DNA of 64,000 bases. Source: Narcine bancroftii. Its lineage: Eukaryota. Location: positions 95,852,001 to 95,916,000 of the forward strand of contig NC_091479.1 of the NCBI RefSeq assembly GCF_036971445.1, written 5' to 3'. A program made the translations under genes and the position numbers. Positions 1 to 12,989 of the stretch are shown one piece after another; the first letter of the stretch is position 1, and every line of letters starts with the position of its first letter. Under the pieces are notes generated by a model, which was not told where the DNA came from, made no database searches, and saw nothing but the letters and a program-made list of their open reading frames with translations.

Positions 1-440
1 GTGGAAAGAAAAAGGTTGAGAATCACTGGTGTAAACATGATTCTTTGCTTTCACATGTGCTGATGTTCCACTAAGTTCTTCCACCAGTTTGTTTTCTCAC
101 TCCAGCTTCTGCTTTAAGTGCAATACGCAAAAACAAGGTCCAACTTAACACATTAACTATATCTCTTTTTTTGTGGGCGTGCCTAATTTGGATTTAAGGT
201 TTATTGTCTAAGTACATACATGACCTGAGATTCTTTACCCTGCGGGCAAGACAGAATTACTACTTACACTGGTCAACAAATTTTTCCAAAAGTTTTATTC
301 CCTGAAATAAAAATGAGGATTATGATAGACAACTTCAAGCGGAACACAAAGATAATTTCAGATTTTCTGTATCATGTAGAAAGTTGGAGAAATATTAAAT
401 TAACTTTTATTGAAATTAGCATGTTTAATCGCAAAATGAT

Positions 441-529
441 AGGAACATAGGAAGTAGGAACAGGAGTAGGCCAAAAATGGCCCATTGAGCCTGCTCCGCC
501 ATTCAATACGATCATGGCTGATCTAATTT
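441..529 (-). mobile_element. Very short 5'-truncated CR1 3' tail
   Basis: CR1-type 3' end (aggaacataggaagtaggaacaggagtaggcc...) flanked by TSD ATGAT (436-440 / 530-534). It interrupts sequence that is contiguous in the other Chapaev copy. Confidence 0.65.
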
Positions 530-1113
530 ATGATGCTGACATATTGCATAAGTACAACTGACCTAAAAATGTTTTACTGCTGATTTTTGTTGGTACTCGG
601 TGTTTGATGCCTCTTGTGTCACTGCCCAACATTAGTCGACCAGTATTGATGGATTCCAGTTGCGCTGATACCACTTTTCCATGGTCATTATGTTCTGGTG
701 AGGCCTTTCACCACGTTCGTCTCTGACTGCACCAAGATCAGCAGGGAAGACATCCAAATGCGAATGCAGAAAAAGAATTTTCAATAACACACTGCACTTC
801 ATGGTTTTGTCTGTGTGAATCATGTTGTCAATCAGCTGCATGTACTTTGGTGCTCTGTAGTTGCCATGAAAATTCTCAACAAAATCTTTTAATGCCTTCC
901 ATGCTATTTTCTCCATCCTCACTAGCAGATCTTCAAATCTGCACTGAGTGCACGCCCAGTCATGCTTGGACTGATGAAAACAGCTTGCTTTGTAGGCAAT
1001 ATACTAGTCGACTTAAAATATGACAGGAAATCACAAAGACGGGTTATATTTCAAAACCAGTGTGTGATAGGATCATTTTAAGATGATGTTCATGAAATAC
1101 ACCCAAAGGTGTT

Positions 1114-1759
1114 TGTCCTGAGTAAACTTGTACCTCTCACTTTGTTCGTTTTAGATTGGTCACAGTGTTTGAGCTACCGAAAGAAAATAGACACACACGC
1201 CGAGAGCACTTCGGTTTATACAAATGTTTATTACAAATTCAAAAGCTGATATCAAACTACAATATACAAGCCATTCCCAATTATACTTATCAACGTCTGG
1301 ACTGGTCCCAACTGCCGAAGTGAGGCAACGACCGCACACTTGTAGTAGGTTGTCTGGGCTTCTCCATCTCCCCCCGACCGGGACGTTGAATGGACTTTAG
1401 AAGTTCTTCTTCTTGCTGAGACATGTTGCCACATCTCGGAGAGTCTGAAACTTCAGCAGCGGGACCACAGCTTATATTACCCATTCTAGCTTATCACTTT
1501 GAATACAATGTTTTACTTAACTTCATGGCCTCGCCTGACAGTCTACGACCAACAATCCCATCAATCTCAAACAGCAACTGGCTAACAAGCAGGAAGATTA
1601 AACGTTCTTGGTACCAGATGTCTTTTTGTCAGATAACTGCATCTCTGGGCCCCATGGTGGAATTTAGCTTATGTCTGTTGATTCTTACATTATTCTCAAA
1701 GTAGGTTACTGATACTCAGCCTTGCATAAGCAAAAGCATGGTCTAAATCCTCCATTACA
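1114..1759 (-). mobile_element. Solo LTR (646 bp) inserted in the Chapaev3 element
   Basis: TG...CA termini, exact 5-bp TSD GTGTT (1109-1113 / 1760-1764) and AATAAA on the minus strand near 1230. CpGs are retained, suggesting a young insertion. Confidence 0.85.
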
Positions 1760-2546
1760 GTGTTCAGGAAGCAAAATCTTTGTTGTCTAATGTAATTGGC
1801 ATTGCAAAAAATCTGTACTCAGTGTACACATGTAAAGAAATAAAGAAATGTAAATAAACTGTACAATACAGAGAGGAAAAAATTAATTAATTGCAAAAGT
1901 AAGAGTCCTTAAATTAATCTCTGATTGAGTTTGTCTGATGGTGGAGGAGTAGCAACTGTTCCTGAACCTGGTGGTGTGAGTTTTGTGGCACCTAGACCTC
2001 TTTCCTGATGGCAGCAGCGAGAACAGAGCGTGTGATCATTGATGGGGATCCTTGATGATTGCTGCTGCTCTCTGACGAACTATAGATGTTCTTGATAGTG
2101 GGGAGGGTTTTGCCTGGGCTGTGCCCGCTAGCTTTACACTCAAGGGTGTTGTCCTCATATCAGACTGCGATGCAGCCGGTCAGCACACTTTCCCCAAGCA
2201 TTTGTAGAAATTTGCTAGAGTTTCCAATGTCATAGCAAACCTCCATAAACTTCTGAGAAAATGAAGGCACGGACGAGCTTTCTTCACAAGGCCATTACTG
2301 TGCTGGGTCAAGGAAAGATCCTTCAAAATGAGTATCTACAACAATTTATGTTTCTACTTCGCTTTCCTGGGATTTACAGAATTTGCTTTGAGTTTTGTAA
2401 CTTTGAAACTGAAGCTGAATTGATTATTTAACCTTTACCAAGAACTTCAACCTGCAGGAAAAAAAAAGGAAGCTACTAAATTTAAATCATCATTCTTGTT
2501 TGGTGCTTTTTGAACACAGCTTTAAATGTTTTTATTGTGTTAATTT

Positions 2547-4035
2547 TGTGATGTTTCTTTTATTGTAATTAAGAAACTCGGGTTCTTTTAAAACAACTAT
2601 ACTTCATTAGCTAAAGAACTCACAAGTGTGTATATGTTTTTGACCAGGCTTATGTTTTCACATTCTATGACATCATGTAGTGATTCATGTCCATCTGGGA
2701 CTGCTGCAAAACTGAGGTGGTGCTCTTTAATTTTCACCCCGAATTTACATAGACCTTATAATATTGATACTCTGTCCATTGTAAATGTCCAGGATATGCA
2801 TGGATGTATAGCTTCCTCTTCATTGCCCTGATGTCATGCTCAACTTTACCTTTTCCCCTGTGACCAGCTTGAAAGGAATATTTTGTTGCATTTGTATGCA
2901 ATGACACAGTCCGCGTGTCCTGCTTGACACTGTTCTCACTTGGCTGTTCAGTTGGTTTATAATCTTCCTGCATTATCGTAAAAAGTATATCACTGAGGGC
3001 AGTTTCTTCTTCTATAGTTGCATGCTTTCACTTCAGTTTTGTTTCCCTTTGTAAAAACATTGCTTTGCAAAGTGATTCTGCCCTTTGTATATTATAGACT
3101 TTTCCATAGATGGAGCATTGTTTTGGTGCATGTTGAATACACATCATTTGCAATTGAATGTCTCTCCATTTTTTTGATGTTTCCTATATCTCATTTTTTG
3201 TTTATGTGTGTGGACACGCACTGTGGCTACTGCCATGCCTTTGTTTTCACTGGCGTTTGCACTCTCATGGAACTTTATCGTGTGCTGCAGAGCCAGTTCA
3301 TATCTTCACAACTCCAGCTAAGGTAAGCTCTGTCTCTCACAGCAACCTCTCTCTCACTTTTCTATCAATAATCCTGAACCCAATTTGATTGCAGATCATT
3401 GAATCTTGCAGCGATCAAAAATTACATGTTCTTGCTTTTAATTTCAAGCTGTTTAAAAAAAAAAGAATCAAAGCTCTTTCCCTGCAGCTGTGTGCATGAG
3501 TGAAGCATGTACCTCTCAAATGTTTCATTTTTCTTTGGTGTTCATCAAACATCTCGGTAACCTTGTCGAACTTGCCCTCGTCTTCTGCCTTGGCAAAAAC
3601 AAATGTGTTGAAAACCTTCAATGTTTGAGGTACAGCCACAGTAAGTAGCAGTGCAATCTTCCGTGCATCAGGTTTGCTATCACGTTCAATGGTACTGCAT
3701 GAATCTTTGTTTGAACAACCTCCACTTCACGGTTGACATTTGCAGTCCAATTTATAGCATCAGGATTTTTACCTCTCCATTTCTCTGCCGATATCAACTG
3801 ATACTCATTGTGCACACTCCTGGTGTTTCTTCTACTCCTTAGTACACGGCACACTCCTAGTACCATGTGATCTTCATTTTATTGTAATAAAGAGATGGGT
3901 TCTTTTAAAATAACTATACCTTATTAGCTGAAGAACTCATTCAGGACTGTGTGGAGGCACCCATCTTAAATCCAAAAGCCACAAGCTAGTCTCCGACTCC
4001 CTCTAGTTGTCAGGAGGATCGTTAGCACTCCATCA
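2547..4035 (-). mobile_element. Internally deleted Gypsy-type LTR retrotransposon (gag remnant)
   Basis: Related LTR ends start at 2547 and 3866 (tgtgat...ttattgtaat...gggttcttttaaaa...gaactca). PBS-like TGGTACTAGGAGTG follows the 5' LTR on the minus strand. Frameshifted gag-like peptides (INWTANVNRE; LKVFNTFVFAKAEDEGKFDKVTEMFDEH). Right boundary approximate. Confidence 0.75.
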
Positions 4036-5347
4036 TTACCAGTTTCAAATGGAATAAAGTAAATAGTCACCACATGTTCAAAGAAATCATGTGAGCAATT
4101 AGACACATTTATCTTCTGTTATTTAGTGTTTCCAGATTATCTAATTTGAGTAAGATAATCCAACTCCTTTCACTATGTCCAATCAAACTATTATTTTAAA
4201 CTGCATGTAACCCCATTATCCAGATTATTTGCCTCTGCTTTAATGATTATTGTCAATCACATGGAATTTCCTAGGTTCTTCACATGCTATTCCCGACGAG
4301 CTTGGGTCCCAATTGTCTGGTAGGCAAATTAGCTGCTTCTTCACCTCAGCAGGATGCTTTGAAACAGTTCCTAATAAGCATGTGATTTTTGGAATGCAGT
4401 TATTGTTGTTGTACTGGCAATTACATTTGCTAATTGCACAGGGAAAATCTGCACAAACAACAACTGAGATTAATTAATGTGTTTTTTTAAATGGCACTAT
4501 GTTGGCTTAGAGGAAAGATTTGGCTTAAACACCCACTACTCTTTAAGTAGTGCCAGGATATCATTCACATTTGCCTAAGCACTTAGATGATGATTTGATT
4601 TAGCCTCCAAAGGCAATGCCATGAACCAATATTATTGCACAGAAGTATGATCATGCATTATTATCAGTCACACAATTTAGATTTAAACCTAGCCTTCTGA
4701 TGGAAAAATTATGATGTGGGTACAAAATAAGCAGCAAAGCATGTTGAAGCAATCCATTGCCACCTTGGCTAAATATATTGCATTTGAGAAGACTCCTCCA
4801 TGGAGTCAATACACTCTACCACCAAATTGCCAAATTCAATCTTTACTGCCGCTCTGAAATGATTGGTGTCATGGAGCCTTTATTGCAATCTGCAGGTTTG
4901 TTGTGTTATGTATGCTGTGTGAGTGTGCATATGTGTTATTCTTAATCTTTAAGTTATAATATATTATATTTTAGAGAAGTACTTTGTGGGTTGGAAACGA
5001 AAGACCCACACTATATTATTTTAAAGCAGACGCTGAGGCTCATCAAGTGGGAGACATCAAAGCCTTATCATTTTTCAGTTAAAAGTCATAAAAACTAGAG
5101 TGATTGTCCCATAGGAATACTGAAGACAAAGAACGTTTGCTGGAGAAAAACCTGTGTAAAGAGAGTCATTTGCTTCATGACCTATGAAGACAGGCCAGGG
5201 CCCATTTGCTTGTTGACTAATTTTTCTGAAGAAACTTCAAACAGAGCCAGCATGTCATGTGATAAAGACATTTCAAGAAAGCATCTTTAATATTATGAAC
5301 CAGATTATCTTCAGTTACCTTCAGTGAGAAAGGTGCTATTGCGTTCT

Positions 5348-5348
<1 letters not shown>

Positions 5349-5425
<77 letters not shown>
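5349..5425. repeat. (CA)n microsatellite
   Basis: Perfect CA run of about 38 units, with a degenerate (TG)n at ~5517-5572. Confidence 0.97.
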
Positions 5426-5427
<2 letters not shown>

Positions 5428-7064
5428 TGCAAAGTGGGGATAAGTTTAAAATGAAGTAGGAAATGTTATACTATTAATAGGTATAAATAACATTTATTGT
5501 TTTGAAGATCCATTCTTGTGTGTGTGTGCATTCATGTGTGTGCACGTGTGTGCACGTGTGCGTGTGTGTGCGTATGCACAGTGGGGAGGATTGAGTCTGA
5601 CTCTGACATCCACTAAGACTTAGCCTTCAATGTTTAGAATTTAGTTTTACACATCAATAATTCTCAAATTCCAAAGGATATGTTCTTTAATGACACGGTG
5701 TCCATCAGAGAAGAATTTTCATTTTATTCTCTGGGTTTCACACTAGACCTCTGGTAAAATATTGTCTGAAGTCCCAGGGCAAAGGAGCAATAGAGCAAGC
5801 AACTATTTTTATATGCATCCACATTACATTTCTACTAATCCTTCACCAGACATTGGGCAGTAAGTTTCAGGACAAACCAGGAAAAACATTAGAGCAAAAG
5901 AAAAACTTCAAGTTTTGTACATTTAATCTATAAAATTATTGAGCATCTGGGACAATCAAAATCTACATGAAACATTGCCATACACTTTGTTTTTATAAAA
6001 CATTAATAAATATAACGGGTGTTTTGAGGAGGAGGAATAAGTTCAGTGCTGGGAACTTTTAAAAAGGGAATCCAGTGAGCAGATGAACAAGTGCTTTGGG
6101 AAGGAGGGGGTGAATGTGATTGGCTCTTTGGAGGCACAACATCCAATAAAAAGAGAGTAATTACAGCAGAGTGGCCATGTTGGTGATGGCAATGATTGAG
6201 TGTAAAAGCTTTGGCATGAGAGGCTTTGCTAAAGAAGGCTGAACGGATGGTCCGATTGAAAACAGGCAAGACCTTGCACTTTTAGTGCAGCTGGGATGTG
6301 AGTTTGCTTCTCCTCCAATATATGGACTATAAGGGAGCCATTTATGTCCCCTGGTGTATATATCTGCAAGAAGCACATCCAGCTCCTCAATTAATGTGTC
6401 AAGGAATTGGAGCTAGAATATGATGAACTCAGGTCTTGCTGCATCTGTATGAGGTAAAGATGTACAGAATAACCAATGGTTCAGTCCTGAGACCTAAACC
6501 ATTGATTATATAACTTTATCTCCTATGGACGTTGTGAGATCTGCTGAGTTCTTCCAGCATTCTTGTGGTTTTATTTTCTGACTGGAGAATGGCTAATATT
6601 TGACCTTTGTTCAAAAAGGGCAATCCAAGAAATTATAGGCCAATAGGTCCCATATCAGTGGTTGTAATTGGAATGGACACAGAAGGATAGGATTTGTGCA
6701 CATTTGGATGGACATGGCCAAATTAGGGACAGTCATCATGACATTATGAGTTACGACTCACCAATATAATAAAGCTTTTTGAGGAGGTGGCAAGAATAGG
6801 CCAGTGAATGTTGTATATATGGACTTTAATATACTTTTGACGAGGTCCCTCATGATTGATTTAGAAGGCATAGATGCACGCGATCCATAGTGAGTTGATA
6901 ATTGATAGTTTGGATACATGATGGCTGGATTATTGAAGATAGAGGGTAGTGGTGGAAGACTGTTGTTCAGACTGGGGCCTGTGATCAGTGGTGTTCTGTA
7001 GGGATTGGTATTGAGATCCCTGTTTATGATGTACGTAACTAACTTGGATGAGAAAGTAGAATGG

Positions 7065-7600
7065 AGTAAAACACAAAAGTCTGCAGGCGCAGCGATTGAA
7101 GTAAAACATGAAAGTCTGCATCAGAGACACTGGATGCTGAGCGCCTTTGTTCTGTCCTCATCAATGACAGCGATCTCCCGGTGGCCAACCATTTCACTTT
7201 TATGCAAACATGGGTGACCATGGCCACCTGTAAGTTGGAGGAGAAACACCTAATATTCCATCTGGTCACTCTCCGACCGGATGGTATAAACATCAATTTC
7301 TCTGGTTTCTGCTAGACCACTCCCCATTCTCCTTCTCTTCATTAGCCCTCTGTCTACTTTCCTCCAGCTCTCCACCCCCTTCCCTCTCCATTCACCAAGT
7401 CACCCTCACCCTATTTTCTGTTGTGCACTCCCTCCCTATTTTCTCCTGCTTGTGGGCATGTTCTCCTTCCTGTCCCTCCCACCACCACCACCATTTTATT
7501 CAGGAGCCTGACTACATTTTTTAAATTATGGGGTTTTATTAATCTTTGCTATATAAAGTGCACTGTTTGACCTGCTGAGTTTTCCCAGCATTGTGTTTTA
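7065..7600 (+). mobile_element. Penelope-like element 3' fragment
   Basis: ~7236-7316 translates to LEEKHLIFHLVTLRPDGININFSGFC*, the typical C-terminus after the PLE GIY-YIG endonuclease. It is followed by a pyrimidine-rich 3' region and the recurring tail gacctgctgagtttccccagca. Confidence 0.7.
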
Positions 7601-7680
7601 ACTTGGATGAAAAAGTAGGTGGTTGGGTTAGTTGGTTTGCAGAATGTACAAAGATTGGTGGATTTGTGGACAGTGTAAAG

Positions 7681-7839
7681 CATTGGTTCTCAACCCTTTT
7701 TGCCTATTCAAATACCACCTTAAGTAATCCCTTGCTAATTGCAGAGCATCAATGGAATCCTTTGCCATAGGTGCTCTGCGGTTAACAAGGGATTTCTTAA
7801 GGTGATAAGTGAGTGGAAAAAAATGGTTGTGAAACATTG
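7681..7839. mobile_element. hAT-type MITE (single fold-back unit)
   Basis: TIR-like CA(T)TGGTTCTCAACC...GGTTGTGAAACATTG and an exact 8-bp TSD GTGTAAAG (7673-7680 / 7840-7847). Related pieces at 1-28, 24975-25232, 26071-26213 and 46701-46756. Confidence 0.85.
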
Positions 7840-8332
7840 GTGTAAAGGGTTGTCAAACAATACACCAGGATATAGATCAGCTAAATATGGGCAGAGAAAT
7901 GGCAGATGGAGTTTAATCGGTATTATATTTTGGGAGGTCAAATTTAAAGAGAATCCATTAATTTAATGGTAGGGGCCTTAAAAATATTGATGTCCAGAGC
8001 TCTGTCTGCAGCTAATTGAAAGAGATCTTGCAAGTAGAGAGGATGGTAAAGAAGGTATATGGTATGTTTAGCTTAATTGGGCAGGGATTGAGTATAAAGC
8101 TATAGAAAACCATCTTTAGTCTGCTCTTGACAGCAATTCTTGTCACCCTGTTACAGGGAGGATGTGCAGGGAGGTTTTGGAAAGCTACAAAATAGATTTA
8201 CCAAGATGTTGCTTGGTTTAGTTAGGGTTTGAGTTATGGAGAGAGATTGGACAAACATGGATTGTTTTCTCTGGAGTGGCAGCTGGCTGAGGGGAAACAT
8301 GATGGAGGTCTATAAAATCATGACAGCTTCAG

Positions 8333-8594
8333 TAAATTAAAATTTAGACATGCAGCACGGTAATCGGCCATTACAGCCCATGAGTCCATGCCGCCTAATT
8401 TACACCCCATCAGCCAACACTCCCGATACGTTTTGAACAATGGGAGGAAACAAGAGGCCCTGGGAAAAACCCACGCAGACACGAGGAGAACCTACAAACT
8501 CCTTAGAGACAGTGTGGGTCTTTAATCCCAGTCCCATCCCGATCACTGGCACTGCAAAGGTGTTGCGCTAACTACTACACCAACCATGCTGCTA
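8333..8594 (-). mobile_element. tRNA-derived V-SINE (HE1-like)
   Basis: tRNA-like head plus the central domain gtttgtacgttctccccgtgtctgcgtgggtttt. Further copies at ~12645-12866(-), 20170-20412(-), 34285-34522(-), 63630-63836(-), and older ones at ~22960-23040 and 33780-33985. Confidence 0.75.
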
Positions 8595-8747
8595 CTAGAA
8601 ACTTTTCCCCAGAGCAAGATGTCACACAATAGAGGACGTGCATTTAAGGGGAGAGAAGGAGCTGTAAGAAAGCTGTACAGGATAAATATTTAATTTTAAG
8701 TTGTGGCGGAAACAGATATAATAGTTGCATTTAAGGGAGCTCCAGAT

Positions 8748-8939
8748 CAGCCATTCTCAACCTTTTTTGTCTATAGCTCCTTTAGAACCCCCTTCCCTGT
8801 GTAACAGTCAAGTTTTGGTTTCTTTCGTACTTCTCTCCTACAAACTACATTGAAAAAATATTGAGGTGAAAGCAAGGCTTTTACTTAAATGTGATGTGGT
8901 CCCCAGAGGGGATCATAGGGACCCCATTGAGAATGGCTG
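8748..8939. mobile_element. hAT-type MITE (second family)
   Basis: TIR CAGCCATTCTCAA...TTGAGAATGGCTG. 8-bp TSD CTCCAGAT/CTCTAGAT resembles the Charlie-type NTCTAGAN target. Confidence 0.85.
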
Positions 8940-9540
8940 CTCTAGATAGACACGTGAATACGAAGAAGATGGAAGGTACAAGCAGTAGAGTTGGTTTGAT
9001 TGATACATCACATTCGGAGTAGACACTTGGGCTGAAGGGCCTGTTCCTCTACCATTCTATGTTCTACCAGGAGCACTGGATAATCATCTGCACACTTTGG
9101 CACCAGGCTTTATGAAATACAATATTCAAAGAAGTATTCAAAAAGTCACAATAATTTTGTTTTTTTGGAAACCTGTGCCAATCATTGCTTTCAAAAAGAA
9201 ATTGGGTAGGCACTAGTAAGAAAATTCTGTAGGGCTTTGAGGAATGGGACTAACAGATTTCATTTCTATCACATTATATATTTAACTGATGCTTCAAATG
9301 GGTTCTGTTGATGCTGTCACTATTCTTTAGTTTTATGTTCATGAATTGATGATGGGAGTTATCAGCATGTACATAAGGACATTGTTACTTGCTTACTGCA
9401 GCGACACAGGTGCATAAAACACACTGACAGACAACAAATATAAATTAAATTAGTACAATGTGCCATAAGAGAGAAACATAAAATAATATATTTTAGTATA
9501 TTAGTATATTTATATACTTAATATATGAATAAATAATATA

Positions 9541-10592
9541 AGGCGATGCATTTTGGAAGGGCAAACCAAGGTAGGCCATACACAGGAAATGGTAGGGCAC
9601 TGAGGAGTGGGGAGGAGCAGAGCATTGTTCCCTCAAGGGGGCGTCGCAGGTGGACAGGTTGCTCATGTTGTTCCATGGTTTAAAGAAGGCTCCAAAAGTA
9701 AACCAGGAAATTACAGGCCAGTGAGTAGACAGCGAGGATGGCTTTCATATCTTGCAGAGAGATTTGGACAACTGGAAAAGTGGGCCAGAAAATGGCAGAT
9801 GGAATGTACTGCAGACAAGTGTGAGGTGTTGCATTTTGGAAAGACAAACCAAGGTAGGACATATATAGCAAATTGTAGGGCACAAAGGGATCTGGGAAGT
9901 CAGATACATATTTCCCTGAAAGTGGCGTCACAGGTAGACAGGGTTGTACAGAAAGCTTTTGGCGTTTTGGGCTCCATAAATCAAAGTATTGAGTATAGGA
10001 GTTGGGATTTTTTATGAAGTTGTGTAAGACATTGGTGAGGCCAAATATGGAGTATTGTATGCAATTCTGATTATCAAACTACAGAAATTATATCAGTAAA
10101 ATTGAAAGAGTGCAGAAAAGATTTACTAAGATGTTGCTGAGTATCAGGAGTTGAGTTACAGGGAAAGATTAAACAGGTTAGGACTTTATTCCCTGGAACA
10201 TAGAAGAATAAGGGGAGATTTGATAGACGTTTACAAAATTATGAGGGGTTTAGACAGAGTAAATGTGAGTAGGCTCTTTCAACTTAGATTAGGAGAAATA
10301 AATACAAGAGGACATGAATTTCGGGTGTAAGGGGAAAAGTTTAGAGGGAACATTAGAGGTAAATTCTTCACTCAGAAAATGGTGAGACTTTGGAATGAGC
10401 TGTCATCTGACATGGTAAATGCAGGCACTCTCTTATGTTTTAAGAATAAATTAAACAGATACATGGATGTGAGAGGTCTGGAAAGTTATGGAATGGGTGC
10501 AGGTCAGTGGGATTAGCGGAATGATGTTTTGGCACAGACTAGAAGGAGTGAATGGCCTGTTTTCTGTGCTACATGGTTCTATGGTTCTAATT
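9541..10592 (+). mobile_element. CR1 LINE 3' fragment (rearranged)
   Basis: ORF 9607-10017 contains KPGNYRPVS and WARKWQMECTADKCEVLHFGKTN...RDLG. 3' tail atggttctatggttcta. Confidence 0.85.
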
Positions 10593-11636
10593 CTTTTTCT
10601 CCTACTGATGATGATGCTCCTGCTGAGTTCTTCCCACAGATTGTTTGAATGTGGGTTTCCTGTACGTCCCTACCTTGACCCACCATCAGTGAATATTCCC
10701 AAATTGCCCCAGGCCAGTGCTCCTTCCCCCGCCACAGACCACCTTGAGTATCCGTTACTTTCCTCAGTACACCTATAACAACTCGCTTGTAGCTGGCTGG
10801 TTGTGGCAAACTCTAGACCTTTTTGTTGTATTGGTGGAAAATTGTTTTGAGATTGTTTAGGTTTTTGTCATCAAGTGATTTGCATATTATTATCAGAAAT
10901 ATATGTCTTATCTGTTACCACATACCACCAGTGGTTCTCACAGCTTGAGAAATACTGTCCTATGCCATATAAGTATGAATTTCATCCTTTAACTTCTCTG
11001 CCTCTTCTCAAAATATTCCCTATCTTTTGCCTCTGTGCTGATTTTGTTCTTGTTATTACACCTATGAATTCCTTTGGGTTTTTTAATTGCACAAATTAAA
11101 TTTACCTTTGCTGTAAATAATATTTTTTTAATCAGCCAAGGGAAATTCTCATAGTTGTGATATTATTTCAGGACTAAATATTCACTAAATTAACTTATTA
11201 GAATAATAGTGAATTAATCCAAAATAATACACAAAGACATGCAATAATGTTTTATGCAGGGTGTTCTGGTCCTATGGCGTCTGCATCAAAATGAGCCTTA
11301 ACTTACAGCAAACAATTCAATTTGCATTAGGAACAGGAGAGTTGAATGTCAAAGGGCTGTGTAAAGGTAAAGATTATAAACTAGAGCTCTTGAGGTTAAT
11401 GATTTAACAAATAAAAATTGATCGCTTGAATGCTCAACTCATCAAATGTTCAAGTTCATTAATGAAACTAAACTCTGCAACATTCCTTATTGCATTTTAT
11501 GCAAGGCTTAATATGTGCCTTTCGATCTCATACCTCCAATTATTCAGCATGTTATGGCGTTGTATTGAACGTGACTGAATGATCTTTATTTAACAAGGGC
11601 AGCAGGGATAAACCAAGTATCTACAGGCCAGTGATA

Positions 11637-12300
11637 GTCAAGTTTATTGTCATCTGATTGCACAAGTACAACCCGATGAAACTGTGTTCTCCGCTCCTTG
11701 GTGCAAAGCACGCAGACACACAACCAGGCATAGCACATACAGACAAACCACGCGCATGCAGGCAGGTATTCATTCATATATACAAACAAATAAAGAAATA
11801 TTATTTTGTAAATATGATAGTCTCAGATGGTTGGTGAGGGCAGTTCCCTTGGTGGTTCAACATTCTCACTGCTCATGGGAAGATAATGCTGCTGTATCTC
11901 TTTCCCAACGGGAGCAGCAGAAAGATGCTGAGTGAGGAGTAGAAGGGGTCCGCAACAATTTTGTGCATCCTCTTCAAACAACGATCCCGGTAGATCAGGT
12001 CAATGTCTGCCATTCTTATGGTCTTGTGGAATGACCTCTGATTCATTTATCTGCAGCAACCGTACCACACTGTGGTGTAGCCGGCCAGGATCCTCTCAAT
12101 AGAGCTCCTGAATAAGGTGGTGGTAGCCTTGCCTGCTTCCGTCTTCTCAGGAAGTACATTCACTGTAATGCCTTCCTGACAAGTGAGGAGATGTTGTGTG
12201 TCCATGAGAGGCCACAAGTGAACTCAAGGAGCTTGGTTCTCTCCACTCCAGAATTACTGATGTGTAGTGGAGGATGGTTGCACCTGGTCCTCCTGAAGTC
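11637..12300 (-). mobile_element. Rex/Babar-type LINE 3' fragment
   Basis: Homologous to 44890-45890. Tail tcaagtttattgtcatc and degenerate RT C-terminal sequence. Confidence 0.6.
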
Positions 12301-12989
12301 CTGATAGATGATATGTCTAGGATTTGTGCAAAATATGGATTGACAGGGACTAATCAGAAATAGTTAACAGGGAATATTTTATCTCACAAATTTGTTTTGG
12401 ATTTTTGAGCAGATAACCAGGATTGATAGAGGCAGGATAGTATACCGATATGGACTTTAAGGCATTTGACAAGGCTTCGTGTGATACACTAGTTCAGAAA
12501 GATAAGGATCCAAGGCAAGCTTGGTAATAGGAGACAGAGGGCACCGATGGAAAGCTTGAATGGTGGTATATCGCAGGCATCACTGATCTTTAGAGTTCAT
12601 ATTAATTACTTGGATGTGAATGTAGGAGGTATGATTAGTGACTTAAATTTTATTTACAGCATGGTAGAGGAGGATTCTGGCCATTTAAACCCATGCCACC
12701 CATTTACATCCAAATTAACCTACATAAGAGTGGCAGGAAACCAGAGTGCCCGGGGAAAACTCACGTAGAAACAGGGAGAATGTACAAACTACTTACAGGC
12801 AGTGCTGGATTTGAACCTGGTTGTTGTAATAGTGTTGCACTAAGCGCTATGCTAACCGTCCCACCCACAGTCTATGCAGAACAAGTATCTGCTATCGTCT
12901 ATACATCCTTTTCCAGAAACTGGCACAAAATAAAATTGATGTAAATTATCATTATATTTCAACTGATACATTCGATACTTTTTGAAATA

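Larger units (their letters stand above)
267..1792 (-). mobile_element. Chapaev3 (CMC superfamily) DNA transposon relic, internally deleted, with nested insertions
   Basis: ORF 632-922 has transposase C-terminal motifs (KILFLHSHLDVFPADLGAVRDERGERPHQ...WNPSILVD). One terminus is CACTGG at 267, the other a degenerate end at 1792, flanked by tta/taa. Homologous to the copy at 62408-63027. Confidence 0.75.
195..2340 (-). mobile_element. Rex/Babar-type LINE 3' fragment split by the Chapaev3 insertion
   Basis: 195-266 joins 1793 onward to reproduce the sequence seen at ~49190-49460. That copy continues into the RT-coding remnant at 50277-50525. Confidence 0.65.
6580..9065 (+). mobile_element. Old fragmented CR1 LINE (RT region to 3' tail) with nested Penelope, MITE and SINE insertions
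   Basis: Degenerate CR1 ORF2 DNA motifs (aattataggcca, tatatggactttaa, tggcagatggagtttaat, agatttaccaagatgttg) and a 3' tail (ttctatgttcta). Confidence 0.7.

Noticed and set aside
632-922. Domesticated or intact transposase / RAG-like gene
   Set aside because: Only a short degenerate C-terminal fragment inside an internally deleted element disrupted by later insertions.
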